DNA of 63,059 nt, the filler included, from Circinaria calcarea (lineage: Eukaryota), in the NCBI GenBank assembly GCA_051942165.1. It is 51 parts of 51 records of this genome, joined end to end, with 100 filler letters (N's around TTAATTAATTAA, not from the genome) between each part and the next. Parts side by side here need not be neighbours in the genome. Positions count along the whole stretch, not along the records: positions 23,643 to 24,783 come from JAVECS010005244.1; positions 24,884 to 26,024 come from JAVECS010005245.1; positions 26,125 to 27,265 come from JAVECS010005246.1; positions 27,366 to 28,505 come from JAVECS010005247.1; positions 28,606 to 29,745 come from JAVECS010005248.1; positions 29,846 to 30,984 come from JAVECS010005249.1; positions 31,085 to 32,223 come from JAVECS010005250.1; positions 32,324 to 33,462 come from JAVECS010005251.1; 43 more parts are not named here. One strand, written 5' to 3'. How positions within the stretch are numbered: the stretch's first letter is position 1; every line of letters starts with the position of its first letter. Under the pieces are notes generated by a model. The model was given only the letters and a program-made list of their open reading frames with translations, had not been told where the DNA came from and ran no database searches. This document shows, one piece after another, positions 24,216 to 35,793 of the stretch. A program made the translations under genes and the position numbers.

Positions 24216-24883
24216 GGGATGGGGGAAGAGGGAAGGAGTCAGGGGGTAATCTTATCACCGGAGAGGAAAAGGGGGGGAGGGAAACGAGGTTTCCGGGAAA
24301 GATATGTTTGAGCAATTGTAAAAGGGTCAAGGGGGTCGCTGCGATTAGATGTCATATTTCCCCAGAAATTCGGTTTTATGCAATGATGAAGCCGATGGTA
24401 CAGAGGAGTCTTTGCGGATCCCGTCTCAATCATGTACAGTATCGAAGGAGAAAAATTAGAGGGGGGGATGCTTTCCTTGCTACTGGCACAGCCCCTAACG
24501 CCTCTCTCTCGGAGATACGCCCAGATATCCGAACTACATAATTTAGGCAAATAGAATACGTCCCCCAGAAAACAGGAGAGGGAAACCAGCTAGACCGCCA
24601 GACCACCCAAAAAGCGCTTATGGGATTTTGACAACCCAATTCCGGTGATATTCCCCGCCTGAATTCTATTGTGCGCGCACGCGCTTTTACCTTTTATTAA
24701 AATCCCTTGCGAGCTGCTCTTTTCCTCTTTTCCTCTTTTCCTCTTTTTCTCTTTTCCTCTTTTCCTCTTTTCCTCTTTCCCCCNNNNNNNNNNNNNNNNN
24801 NNNNNNNNNNNNNNNNNNNNNNNNNNNTTAATTAATTAANNNNNNNNNNNNNNNNNNNNNNNNNNNNNNNNNNNNNNNNNNNN

Positions 24884-24981
24884 CCCATTGATCCCATACG
24901 TTACACAAGGGATCACTCGGATCATCCTCCTGAATACCCTTGGTACGCGTAGTACTGGTCACGGCTGGTGGTGTCATTACA
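24884..24981 (-). mobile_element. Putative LTR start (TGTAATG...), same family as 56764-56921
   Basis: Near-identical reverse complement of 56764-56861; homology stops exactly at the TG terminus. Confidence 0.7.
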
Positions 24982-25358
24982 TTTATTATATTAATATAAA
25001 TTTTATTAAAAATTAATAAAAAAATTGAAGCTAGAAATTTTATATAATTTTCGTATAATATTAATATAATAAAAACACGTATATTATAATTTCTATTATT
25101 ATATTCGTAATAAAATATAATATTTTTTTTACCAAATTTAATAAATAAAATAATATTCGAAAATATTTACTTAATATTTTAATTTAAGCTTTTATTATTA
25201 AGATTTTTGTCACGGAAATATAGTGGTGGTGAATAGCCTGTAATTGAATTCTAAGCTGCCAGCACCTTTTAACTGCAGTGGGATGCGCTAGGCTGCAAAC
25301 GGACGCCTAAACGGCCCTGCGCACAGTGGGTCCATAACAACTACCCCTTTTTAGAAAA

Positions 25359-25930
25359 CTGGTAACGCGCGCCAGCGCGCAATGCCCTGAAACGTATTTT
25401 ATTTATTAATATAGTACTCAGTATAACACTTAGTATATCGCCCAGCATAGCACCTAGTATAGCATCTAATATAGCATTCAGCATGATATCTAGTATAGCA
25501 CTCAGTATAGCACCCAGCATAGCGCCCAGTACAGCACCTAGTACAGCACCCAGTTTATCACGCTGCATAGCATAATAATAGCACGCGTTATAGCATAACA
25601 TGGAAAAAGCACGCGGCATAGCATGGAAAGAGCACGCGGCATAACATAGTAATAGTACACGGCATAGCATAGCAATAGCACGCGGTATAGCATAGCAATA
25701 GTACGCGGCATAGCATAGCACGCGGAATAGTATGAAAAAAAGCACGCTGCATAGTAATAGCACGCTGTATAGCATGGAGCATAGCATGGAGCATAGCATG
25801 GAGCATAGCATGGAGCATAGCATAGCGAAAACACGCGCATAGAATAGCGAAAGCACGCAGCATAGCATAGAAAGAGCATATAGTATAGCACGGAAAGAGC
25901 ATGCAGCATAGCATAGAAAAAGCAAGCTGC
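25359..25930 (-). mobile_element. Putative 3' end of the Helitron2-like repeat, second copy
   Basis: CTGGTAACGCGCGCCAGCGCGCAATGCCCTGAAACG at 25359-25394, then TAGCA satellite including (GCATAGCATGGA)x4. Confidence 0.7.
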
Positions 25931-27036
25931 ATATAAGTCCTAAATATTTGCGCGGAGAGTGTATAATCGAGCATTTTGCGACCTTCCTATAAAAGTAAGA
26001 GCTAAGGCCCAAAATGGACAGAAANNNNNNNNNNNNNNNNNNNNNNNNNNNNNNNNNNNNNNNNNNNNTTAATTAATTAANNNNNNNNNNNNNNNNNNNN
26101 NNNNNNNNNNNNNNNNNNNNNNNNGAGAGATTGCGCCTCTTGAACCTCTACAAGAGCCGCGAGATTTTCAAAAAGGTCTTCCGGGAACTACCGAGGAAGT
26201 GAAGGTAGTCCAGATATGGGATATGGGCCAATTTGACAGCCGTGGATATGATTGATATACCCCCCTTCCCCCCTTTTTTATTTTTAGCGAATGCACGAGC
26301 TTATCACAATGGCGTAGATAATAGCGTGCGAGTAGATGAAAACGACCATTGTAACAAGGCCCTTTTCTTTTCTTTTGCCTTACTCGCTCCACCTTCACCC
26401 TCACCCTTACCCTCACCCTCACCCCTTCTACATCTCATCTCATCTCACCTTCCGGGAAGAAAGCCCCCCCCAAAAAATACGTAGAACCCAAAGCTTTTAA
26501 AGCTAAAGCTAAACAGTTAACATATTGTCAAACTCAAAAGGCCCACAGAAAACGCCAAACATATTCCGTTGGCCCGTTTTTTTTTTAAACTACTAGAACC
26601 TTTCCTTCCTTCCTTCCTCGTTGCCCGTCCGCCTGCCTGCCCTTTTTCGCTGCTGCAAAAAGCTTTCCGGGAAAGAAAAAAAAAAGAGTGAGAAAAAAAG
26701 AAAGAACTTTTCATGCTGCATCTATCGATCCATCCATCTATCCAACATCTATCTACAGTGTTCGCTGGCCATCATCATCATCATATGTCTACACACACAC
26801 ACACCTTTTGTCTTCTGTGTGACGTAAATCACTGCCGTCACTGCAATCACATCCGAATCCGATTTGCAAAGGATTCCCACATGCCATGCCCATGCTATGC
26901 CTACGACTTGACTTGACTCGATGAGCGCTGAGCATTGAGAAATCATGACCTCTGGTACTGCAATCCGTAAGCAAGTAAGGCCATTTGAAAGACGGCGTTG
27001 GAGGGAAACAAAAGCTCTAGAATGTAGTGGAGGAAA

Positions 27037-27128
27037 GAGAAGAAGGAGAAGGAGAAGGAGAAGGAGAAGAAGAAGAAGGAGAAGAAGGAGAAGGAGAAGA
27101 AGAAGAAAATTGAGAGGAAAAGAACAGC

Positions 27129-27159
<31 letters not shown>

Positions 27160-27265
27160 AAGAAGAAGAAGAAGAAGAAGAAGAAGAAGAAGAAGAAGAA
27201 GAAGAAGAAGAAGAAGAAGAAGAAGAAGAAGAAGAAGAAGAAGAAGAAGAAGAAGAAGAAGAAGA
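27037..27265. repeat. (GAA)n/(GGAGAA)n microsatellite
   Basis: Purine-only triplet run to contig end. Confidence 0.97.
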
Positions 27266-27479
27266 NNNNNNNNNNNNNNNNNNNNNNNNNNNNNNNNNNN
27301 NNNNNNNNNTTAATTAATTAANNNNNNNNNNNNNNNNNNNNNNNNNNNNNNNNNNNNNNNNNNNNGGAAGGAGGGAAGGAGGGAAGGAGGGAAGGAGGAA
27401 GGGCATACGCATACGGAGTATTTTTTTATTCTATGAGAAGAGAACCACGGGTCATATGTAGGATATGTAGGATGGGATA

Positions 27480-28088
27480 TTCCCCGAGCCTCGGGGGGGG
27501 TCGCCAAGCTTTCCGGGGGGGTCCGTCCGGTATCTAAAAATCGCCCCAGTATATAATAAAAATTAGGCGTATTCGCCCTGAGTCAGGCGCAATTTGCCCT
27601 AAGGTCAGGCATAATTCGCTTTAAATATCAGGACCGGCTTGAATTAGTGCATGAATAGCATAGATTCTAAAGAATATACTGAATATAAAAAATTAATTGG
27701 CTGGTTCGGTATATTCTAGAAGGCATAATTCGGCGCATATTTCGGCGCATTCCGAAGGCATGAAAGGCATGAAAGGTATAGATTTTGGCTATAATACACG
27801 GAACGTGCGTACTACGATGGAGAATTATAGATCAGTTTCATGGAAAAAGAGGAGTACATTCAATACTACTTCGTGCGGAATACGCTATTATACCAAGATT
27901 TAACGGAGGCCGGGGCACGAGGCGCGAGCGTTCAGCAGGCGTAGTCTTTGTGGATAAAAGGTATGAGCCCGGAGCAGTGAATTACACTTATTTATAAATT
28001 CTAGTTTCGGGTAATACTCGGATCGGTAAATTACCGGCCGACCCCCCCGCGGAGTTAAGCGACGGCCCCCCCTGAGACTCGGGGGGGA
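27480..28088. mobile_element. Non-autonomous TIR element flanked by TA (Tc1/mariner-type MITE)
   Basis: Left TA|TTCCCCGAGCCTCGGGGGGGGTCGC...CCGGGGGGGTCCGTCCGGTA versus right-end reverse complement TA|TCCCCCCCGAGTCTCAGGGGGGGCCGTCGC...CGCGGGGGGGTCGGCCGGTA. Confidence 0.7.
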
Positions 28089-29307
28089 TATTTAGGATAA
28101 GGATGTGCAGGCGTACGGACACAGGATATAGGACACAGGCCGCGGAGCTGCTAAATAAAGGTAAAAAGGGTAAGAAAGGTACTTACTTTACTCAATTGGT
28201 TAGCTTGAACGGGGCCGAGACGTGTAACATATTTATATTTATTTGTATTCATTCACCCTTCCAATATTTTATTCTGTTTGTTTAGCTTTGGCTGGATTAG
28301 CTTGGGCTTTTGGAAATTAAATTACCGCCCCGGGAGGGGGGTGTCGGGGACTAGCTAGGTTTTTTATCGGGAGTAGGAGTAGGAGTACCTCCGTACCATA
28401 GGAGGGGGTTTTAGATTTAGGAAAGAAAGAAAGAAAACGGCAGAAAGGCATATGTGTTATATATGTGTTTGTGCTGTGTTATAATATGATGTACCTATAG
28501 CTATGNNNNNNNNNNNNNNNNNNNNNNNNNNNNNNNNNNNNNNNNNNNNTTAATTAATTAANNNNNNNNNNNNNNNNNNNNNNNNNNNNNNNNNNNNNNN
28601 NNNNNCTATACTATACTGGCTATGGCAAAATATGATGTGGTCTCTCTCTATCTATAGGGTAAACGATATACGAATTGTATGGGTTACTAGGCTAAGGCTA
28701 GGCTAGACTAGACTTTGCACAAGAGATATATGAACAGAATCACTCCATAATGCACCGATTACCAGGAAAAACGTAACGTAATTATGCGTCTGTCTATTAT
28801 TTGTTCCAATGTATATGGTGACCTGTTTGTCTATAAATAAGCCATGCTGATTTCTAAAGAGTGAGGAATAGAATAGAATAGCCCTGCCTATATAGTAATA
28901 TGGCTCACCTCCCTCACCTCCCATGAGCACCCGGTCCAGGGGCTCCCTCCTCCGTTCCGGAGCTAAGCTAACCTCCCCCTAGTATGAGTATGAGTATGGC
29001 ACTGACGCCATAATAGGAGAGCTGGAGAAGGAAAGGAAGAAAAAAGGCGGGGGGGGGGGTTTCAACGGGTTCAAGAATTCTTTAACTCGGCAGGTAGGGC
29101 CCTGACATAAAATCGTAATGGGAATGCAACGAGTAAGGTTTTTTTTTTGGCACACGAGAGAATCAGAAATGTGGAGGTAGGAGGCTCGGTTATTGCTGTT
29201 CTAGGATAGAAGTTATCAAGAAAAGAAAAATATGGAAGCCGCTAGCTAATTCGGGGGCTGTTTGATGAATCCGTCCCCACCAGCCCATTTCCGTTTCTTT
29301 CTTTCTT

Positions 29308-29745
29308 TTATAAACCAGAATCGATCTGATTGACGACGTTGGATTCGGTGTACCGTGCCCAATCACGGCACGTCTGCGCCATGACCGCGGGAATCTGGCG
29401 CTCGGTAATGAGATCCGGGCGTTCCTAAATCGCCAGAGTAAGATTCTCATTCCTTGGTTTTGATACTCTGTTTTGATACGAGTTGTGACGGGTAGGGGGA
29501 AAACATACCAATACGTTAATCAGCAGGCCGGCGCTCGAATGGATGACGGTATGACAGTGCAGCGGCCAGACGCCGGGATTATCTGCATTCCATTCCAAAA
29601 CCACATACGACGGATTGTCCGGAGATCCAGGGACCATAAGTTGGGTATCACGCCGTTGCGGGTTGTGCGGATTGGTAGTCCGACCGTCCCAGGTCCCAAC
29701 TCCTTCGGCGAGGACCCAGAAATCATGGCCGTGGAGGTGCATTGG
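29308..29745 (-). CDS. Ascomycete laccase/multicopper oxidase (AA1), C-terminal fragment; intron 29425-29508
   Basis: PMHLHGHDF (L3), [18 protein letters not shown]...H (L4), C-terminal QIDSGL*. Confidence 0.95.
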
Positions 29746-30008
29746 NNNNNNNNNNNNNNNNNNNNNNNNNNNNNNNNNNNNNNNNNNNNTTAATTAATTA
29801 ANNNNNNNNNNNNNNNNNNNNNNNNNNNNNNNNNNNNNNNNNNNNCCGGAAACATGGGGTCAGTCTGGTCTATTATGTTTTGACGTAGCTGTGCTGAGAA
29901 TTTAAAACAGCAAATGCACAAATATTTGGTAATGAAGGGGCTTCCCAAAGTCCCGGTGACGTTTTCTGGCAGTTACAACATCCCGAACTTCATAATCCCA
30001 CCTACCTC

Positions 30009-30807
30009 ATGAATGCAAATCTCGAGCTATCAGATGACTTGAAGATGTGCATTCCCAAAGCGGTACTACAGAGACGGACAACTTACAAAGATTGTACCTT
30101 TGCCGCAAACCTTACCCCCAGGCACACAGTCGTAGACTGTCATCTTGATCAATCTAGGGAGGGTATCATACAGTGTGTGGGACGAAGTAAAAAATTGGTC
30201 ATCATGTGGCCAGCAACAGATTCTAACCTTGAGCTTCTGCAAGAGGATCCAGCTCACCCGATGAAATTCGCTCGGATCGGACATCGCATGAAAGGCGGTA
30301 TAATTATCATTATTGACTCTCGAGAGTGCCTCAAGATGTGTACTGGAACAATTCATATAACAGTAACAATGGAAGGGGGCGGACTTGTGGGCATTAATTA
30401 TATCGCTGCGGAAGGCCATTACGCTGATGCTCGATGTTTCAAATATGAGATATTTGCTGGCTTGGAGACAGATTTCAGCAACGTGCTTTCTATTTATGCA
30501 GACCAGCTGGAGGCCTCTTTGGAAGGAAATGATCAGCTCAGGCATCAACATGTGCTCCAGGATTGGCCCGCCATCTACTCTCCTGAAGAAGAAATGCCAG
30601 AATGAGTCCAAATCGACCACCGACCAACTCCGAAGGGTGATCCAGATTTTCCAGGACCTTTTTAAAAGCCTTCGCGCACCAGAAATGTCCTGTTGCGGTT
30701 GTGCTGTTGATCATTTTGAACAACATTTTGAAGATGCTCATGTGAAGGACCTAGTCCTTTTGACTGAAGACATTGGGAAGCGAAAAATCCGTCCAAACGG
30801 AACATAA
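30009..30807 (+). pseudogene. JmjC-like (cupin 2OG/Fe) domain protein with apparent frameshifts near 30000 and 30580
   Basis: NLTPRHTVVDCHLD (HxD), KKLVIMWP, GTIHITVT...LVGINY (distal His); C-terminus continues in another frame with CCGC...H...H. Confidence 0.6.
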
Positions 30808-33245
30808 ACATCGGGGAGGGGGAGATATAGCCGCCAAAAAGCGAAAAGGTGAATCTTGGCGACGAACTCGGTATTGGTGGGACGACGGGGATAGCGTGCA
30901 TGGCATTCATATCGATGATGAGACGCGAGAGCTTGCTTTGCCCAAGCACGATCAAGTCCTGATACACGGACGAGATACGAAGAGNNNNNNNNNNNNNNNN
31001 NNNNNNNNNNNNNNNNNNNNNNNNNNNNTTAATTAATTAANNNNNNNNNNNNNNNNNNNNNNNNNNNNNNNNNNNNNNNNNNNNACTCATATGAGTCAAA
31101 ACTAGTCGACTGGCGCCTCGGTGGGCTTAAGATCTCAAGCCGCGGATCGAAAATGCCATGCGAGCCATTGCTCTCGTTATTACGATCTTCAATTTCCCGA
31201 ATGTCATAATTGGGCGGCAAACGCCGGGAATTTGGGTTGCTGTTATATACGCCTGCAAGCTGCCATGTGGCACTGCAGGCTATACGTATCGCTTGGAACC
31301 ATTGTCACTCTTTGCTGCCTCGGTGCCAGGCGTGTTATACGGCATACGATTCTGAAACGGAATCACAGTAACCGCAAGTTGTCTAACCATCGATGCGAGA
31401 CTATGAAATGCGACACTTTCGAACACATGGCTTGCATAACTGTGCAACTAAGCTGATATGTTGCCGAACATTCACTGTATATTCTGACTGATACAAGTAA
31501 TTATTTTGAGAGCCAGGCAGGCAAACACATGAGATCCGTGGGAGTCAGGGATGCTTGCAACCAAAACTGACCGGCGGTGTACCCCAGTCCGTGTTTGTAA
31601 CGAGGTCGAGTAATTGGGCATTCTCCTCGATCCCTGTGAGTGGATGCGAAATCCGAAACGCAGGACACAGGGCTAATGCGTTGATCAATTTGGCTGTCCT
31701 AGAACTCCGTCTTTCTTGATGTAGAGAAGGACCATCACCACATGTATCTTTGATAATAGCATGTCATGAAATAAGCGGACGATTGAGGTCGGTTTTCAGC
31801 CCGTGGATCGAAAGAAGCACACCAAACAAATTCATTCAGACTTGAACTTCAAAAGTCGTGATAGAATGCTAATATGAAGCAGTCAAAAGTAGCGGAGACA
31901 TTGCCATGCAAAAAGTTGAAGATAGACTGAAAATCACCATGTGGGAGATGTTGTATAGTTTGCGCATCGGTTATAGAATCTCGAAGGTTTGAACATAGAG
32001 GTTAAACAGTGACAGCGCAATCCTGCGAGGAATGACCTACGTTTTACATGCCAGTGGCTCGGAACGGATGACCTCTAGGAAACACTGCAAATCATTTCAA
32101 CAAGCAAACGTTAAAGCGGGCGATCCTTCAGAAGCTAAGCATCGCCAGAAGTTGAGGACAGCGACACCAAAAATCAGAGAACTTGATCGAAAAATTACAT
32201 CGAGGTTGTCAAGAGTGAGGTGTNNNNNNNNNNNNNNNNNNNNNNNNNNNNNNNNNNNNNNNNNNNNTTAATTAATTAANNNNNNNNNNNNNNNNNNNNN
32301 NNNNNNNNNNNNNNNNNNNNNNNCCCCCGCCCCCCACCACATTCACCCGCCGTTGGTCCTACGAGACGTAAGTCTTCCTTTTCCAGCCCCCCTTGACCGC
32401 AAGAATTGAGTTCAGACCAATAGCTAGCTGCTCACGTTGGAAGAGCTCACACTTACTAGGCGCGAGGATACCGAAAAGGCGGCTCAGAACTCACAGTTGA
32501 TCCACCAACCGTACAGGAGAATGTAAGCAGGGTGCAGTCATCCCGCCTGGGGAAACTTAGCTTTGGATTGCCAAGAAGACCGGTGGCAAATATAAGACCC
32601 GTTGGGGCTATTGGCTGGCCTTTGAAGCCTCGGGGAACCCATCCTCCTCCCACTTTTTCCTACCGCGCCCCAGCTTCCAGGCGCCTGACAAGCGCCCATG
32701 CCTATCAAGGCAACATGGGGTATCAACCCACCAAGTGCCCCAATGCCCCCCGCTTCCTCCACCCTTCTCCCGGCCGCACAGTTACCCCAGCGCATAGAGG
32801 AACCGGGCGAGGGCGATCAGCAGTCACGACCGAGGAAGACTGAGGGGGGGTTTTTTTTCTCGGTGAAAACTGCGCCTTTGCGCCTTTTTTATTTTTTTGG
32901 GGTGTGCGCAGTTGAAGCCGGTATTTTGGCAGGCTACGGAAGGTACCGCTGGCTTCGGCGGCGGTGACGTAGGCGTAGGCAGAGGCGTAGGCGGAGGCTA
33001 TTTGGAGAAGGGAGAGGGGAAAGGGGGAACTTGGGGAGCTACGCGCGACGGGGTGTGTTTCGTTTCTGTCGCCCGGTTGAGGTTTAGGTTGGGTTGGTAG
33101 AAAGTATAACTCCAGGAGTCTTTTATTCGTCAAGCATACACAGAGCTGAGCTATCTAGGCCGCCTATCCTAAACTTGGCTATCGTAGAAGCCCCCATACT
33201 ATCATCCGACAAGGAAAAGAGTAGATATGTGACCCCCAAGACAAC

Positions 33246-33461
33246 CTATGCTAGAGTCTTGACCTCCGCTTCAATGATTCCTTCAGACGCACCACCGTCT
33301 GCGGCGGCATAGACACCGACAACAGTAAGCCCTACCTCTTCCAACATCTGGCGCCATTGGGCTTCTGTCCGTTCCATTGTTGCACAGAGGACCATCATGT
33401 TGAAATCTTGCGTCGTCACCCAGGTGCTGGCGTCGCGATCAGGTACGATCAATTCATGGAC
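33246..33461 (-). CDS. SAM-dependent O-methyltransferase (Methyltransf_2 type), C-terminal fragment
   Basis: HELIVPD...QDFNMMVLCATMERTEAQWRQMLEEVGL...EGIIEAE. Confidence 0.85.
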   Translation of the reverse strand, partial: VHELIVPDRDASTWVTTQDFNMMVLCATMERTEAQWRQMLEEVGLTVVGVYAAADGGASEGIIEAEVKTLA

Positions 33462-34118
33462 GNNNNNNNNNNNNNNNNNNNNNNNNNNNNNNNNNNNNNN
33501 NNNNNNTTAATTAATTAANNNNNNNNNNNNNNNNNNNNNNNNNNNNNNNNNNNNNNNNNNNNACAGTAGGTGGGCTGTTTTTAAAAAAGCTCGTAATCGC
33601 CAGCACCGCGCTGGGGGGTTCTTTGGCATGCTGTTTTTACTGTTATTTATGCCTGCCTTACACGTAAGTAGGGGCTTCCCGTGTGGCCCCCCCCTTCTGC
33701 ACGCAGTATTAGCAGGGGCTTTTTTACTAAACTCCGATGTGTAGGGTAGGAAAAGCCTGCTTTCTTTCTGTATTTTGCTGCTGGTGTGGCCGCTACCATA
33801 TGGTATCATATTGTTTGGTTATTGGCGCCACCAGAGCTTTTGATTACTATAGCGTGGTGCCTGCAACGCTGCAGGGGCTCTTGCTGTGTTCTATTCTGTT
33901 CTGTGACAGCTGCATCATTATTAACGGCCTTGAAATATTGATATGGATTGTAATAATTAAAGTTTATTTTATTAATATAGTAGATTTCACTTGATGCTGA
34001 TATATTTTTTTTTTGAAAGTCAGGAATAGAAATGACTAAAGTGCATATAGCACGATGCGGAAAATGTAATTTCTTTTTAGATCAAACGTTGTATTCTAGT
34101 AAAGACTTTCCGATTGCT

Positions 34119-34700
34119 TCATCGAACGCTTATGGGCGAGCGAAGTTCCTTATGGTTGCTAACTACCACTGCCTCCGCGAGCTCCGGCAGCGATATATCT
34201 CCCAAATGGGCGATTTCACGACTCATCCCAGTAGACAGACCATTTAAGCCTTCCGTTTTCCCACCCTGTTCGACGAGAAACCCTCCAAAGTAATCGTCCA
34301 ACGAGCTCGTATCTTCCGGCCAGGCGCTAGTTCCGACCCAGAGATCCGGCCGGACGACGACCACCGCACCCCGGGCATGATTGATTCCATACCAGTAGTG
34401 CGCATCCATGTCGGGAGGTCTGTCATCGTACACAACGGTTGCTGTCTCCCTGAGGTAGTCGAGGTTGTCCTTGTTGTCATCATGATTGCCTTGCATCAGG
34501 CCCTCGGTTTCATGGGGAAGAGCCTTGACGATGAGCACGATGTTGAATCTCTCAGCGCCACCGTACCGGGAAAAGAAGCCTCCTGGTCCCAGGGCCTGCG
34601 TGGAGAGGGCTGCCACGCGCTCGCGCACAGGCCCCCGCAAGTCGGAGCCGAAAATCAAGATGTGGAACCTTGACGAGCCGACCATCTTATCATAGAGGTA
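34119..34700 (-). CDS. FAD-dependent phenol 2-monooxygenase-like protein, C-terminal thioredoxin-like domain
   Basis: FHILIFGSDL...DAHYWYGINHARGAVVVVRPDLWVG. Confidence 0.82.
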   Translation of the reverse strand, partial: YLYDKMVGSSRFHILIFGSDLRGPVRERVAALSTQALGPGGFFSRYGGAERFNIVLIVKALPHETEGLMQGNHDDNKDNLDYLRETATVVYDDRPPDMDAHYWYGINHARGAVVVVRPDLWVGTSAWPEDTSSLDDYFGGFLVEQGGKTEGLNGLSTGMSREIAHLGDISLPELAEAVVVSNHKELRSPISVR

Positions 34701-34808
34701 TNNNNNNNNNNNNNNNNNNNNNNNNNNNNNNNNNNNNNNNNNNNNTTAATTAATTAANNNNNNNNNNNNNNNNNNNNNNNNNNNNNNNNNNNNNNNNNNN
34801 NATACTAG

Positions 34809-35793
34809 CTTATTCAAGTTCCCGCAGATGGATTTCGAGATGGCTATAAGGGAGATGAAAGACCTCATGATTGCGCCGAAGAAGGTTTTCCGGTCAATGT
34901 ATTACCATGTTGGTAGTTTATGCTCTTAATGGGAGATCAAACAGCTAATTATGCCGCTAGAAACGTAAATACCGGCTTCTACAACGATGGAACACTGAGA
35001 AACTGACGACCATTGATACTAGAGACCAACAACACATGGCATCGGCCTGACCCATCCTTTACCTACCTCCTGTCCTTCTTCATGCTCCTGACGGGTATCG
35101 GGTGGGGTGTCGCTACCACATACTCCGCTCCCGGAATCATACGGCTTACGCTTATCTACGTCTTCATCCACTTCCTCGCCTTCTCTCTTATAATCGCTAC
35201 AGCGGCGTTTTTCCTTGTGGGGCGGCTCCTTGGACCTGGAATATCGGGGCTGCCGGGTCGGAGAAGACAGCAAGGGCTTTTCGTACAGGCAGAAGAGAGG
35301 GAACAACTAGAATTTGGATACTGCTTTGATGTAAGGTTTGGACCAAGCCGTAAGGTGCTTAGGAAAATCACTGAATCAAACGCAGGTTACGATACGGGCA
35401 TTCTTTCCAGTGTGGGTGCTCCTGTACGTAGTTCAATATCTCCTTTGGCCCTTGATATCACAAGATTACTGGTTAGCCTTACCAACACAGCACAAATCGT
35501 TAAGTTACTGACGGCAGATAGGATATCCCTCTTCTTCGGCAACACCTTGTACTTGGTAGCTTTTGGCTACTATTTCGTCGTGTCATTTTTAGGCTATAAT
35601 GGTATGTCGATCGCTCTTTAATATTGTTCAGTCCATACTAATATCACATCTAGCCCTACCCTTCCTCAATCATACCAAGCTTCTCCTCTCTCCATTAGCT
35701 GTATGTGGCGTTCTCTGGGTCGTCAGCCTGTTCGGTTTCAACATTCCACAGCACTTTGGGCCGATACTCGTTATAGGGGCAAGGTTGCGGTGA
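34809..35793 (+). CDS. GMH1: UNC-50/Gmh1 family membrane protein, multi-exon with 4-nt micro-exon 34961-34964
   Basis: LFKFPQMDFEMA...APKKVFRSMYYH|KQ|TNNTWHRPDPSF, LEFGYCFDV.IRAFFP, FFGNTLY, FLGYNALPFL. Confidence 0.92.

Noticed and set aside
25322..25328. CACAGTG as a Transib/RSS-type terminus
   Set aside because: Single heptamer with no partner TIR, nonamer or transposase
25341..26012. Cys/Met/Tyr-rich repetitive ORFs (MLCSMLCS, CYAPCYAP), also at 49579-49958, as RiPP precursors or metallothioneins
   Set aside because: Translations of the TAGCA satellite, open in several frames, with no signal peptide or Kex2 sites
26945..27313. Poly-Arg ORF, and the (LP)n ORF at 5844-6191
   Set aside because: Microsatellite translations
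29308..34700. Laccase, JmjC-like, O-methyltransferase and monooxygenase as one biosynthetic cluster
   Set aside because: Each is on a separate contig placed only by length; no evidence of linkage
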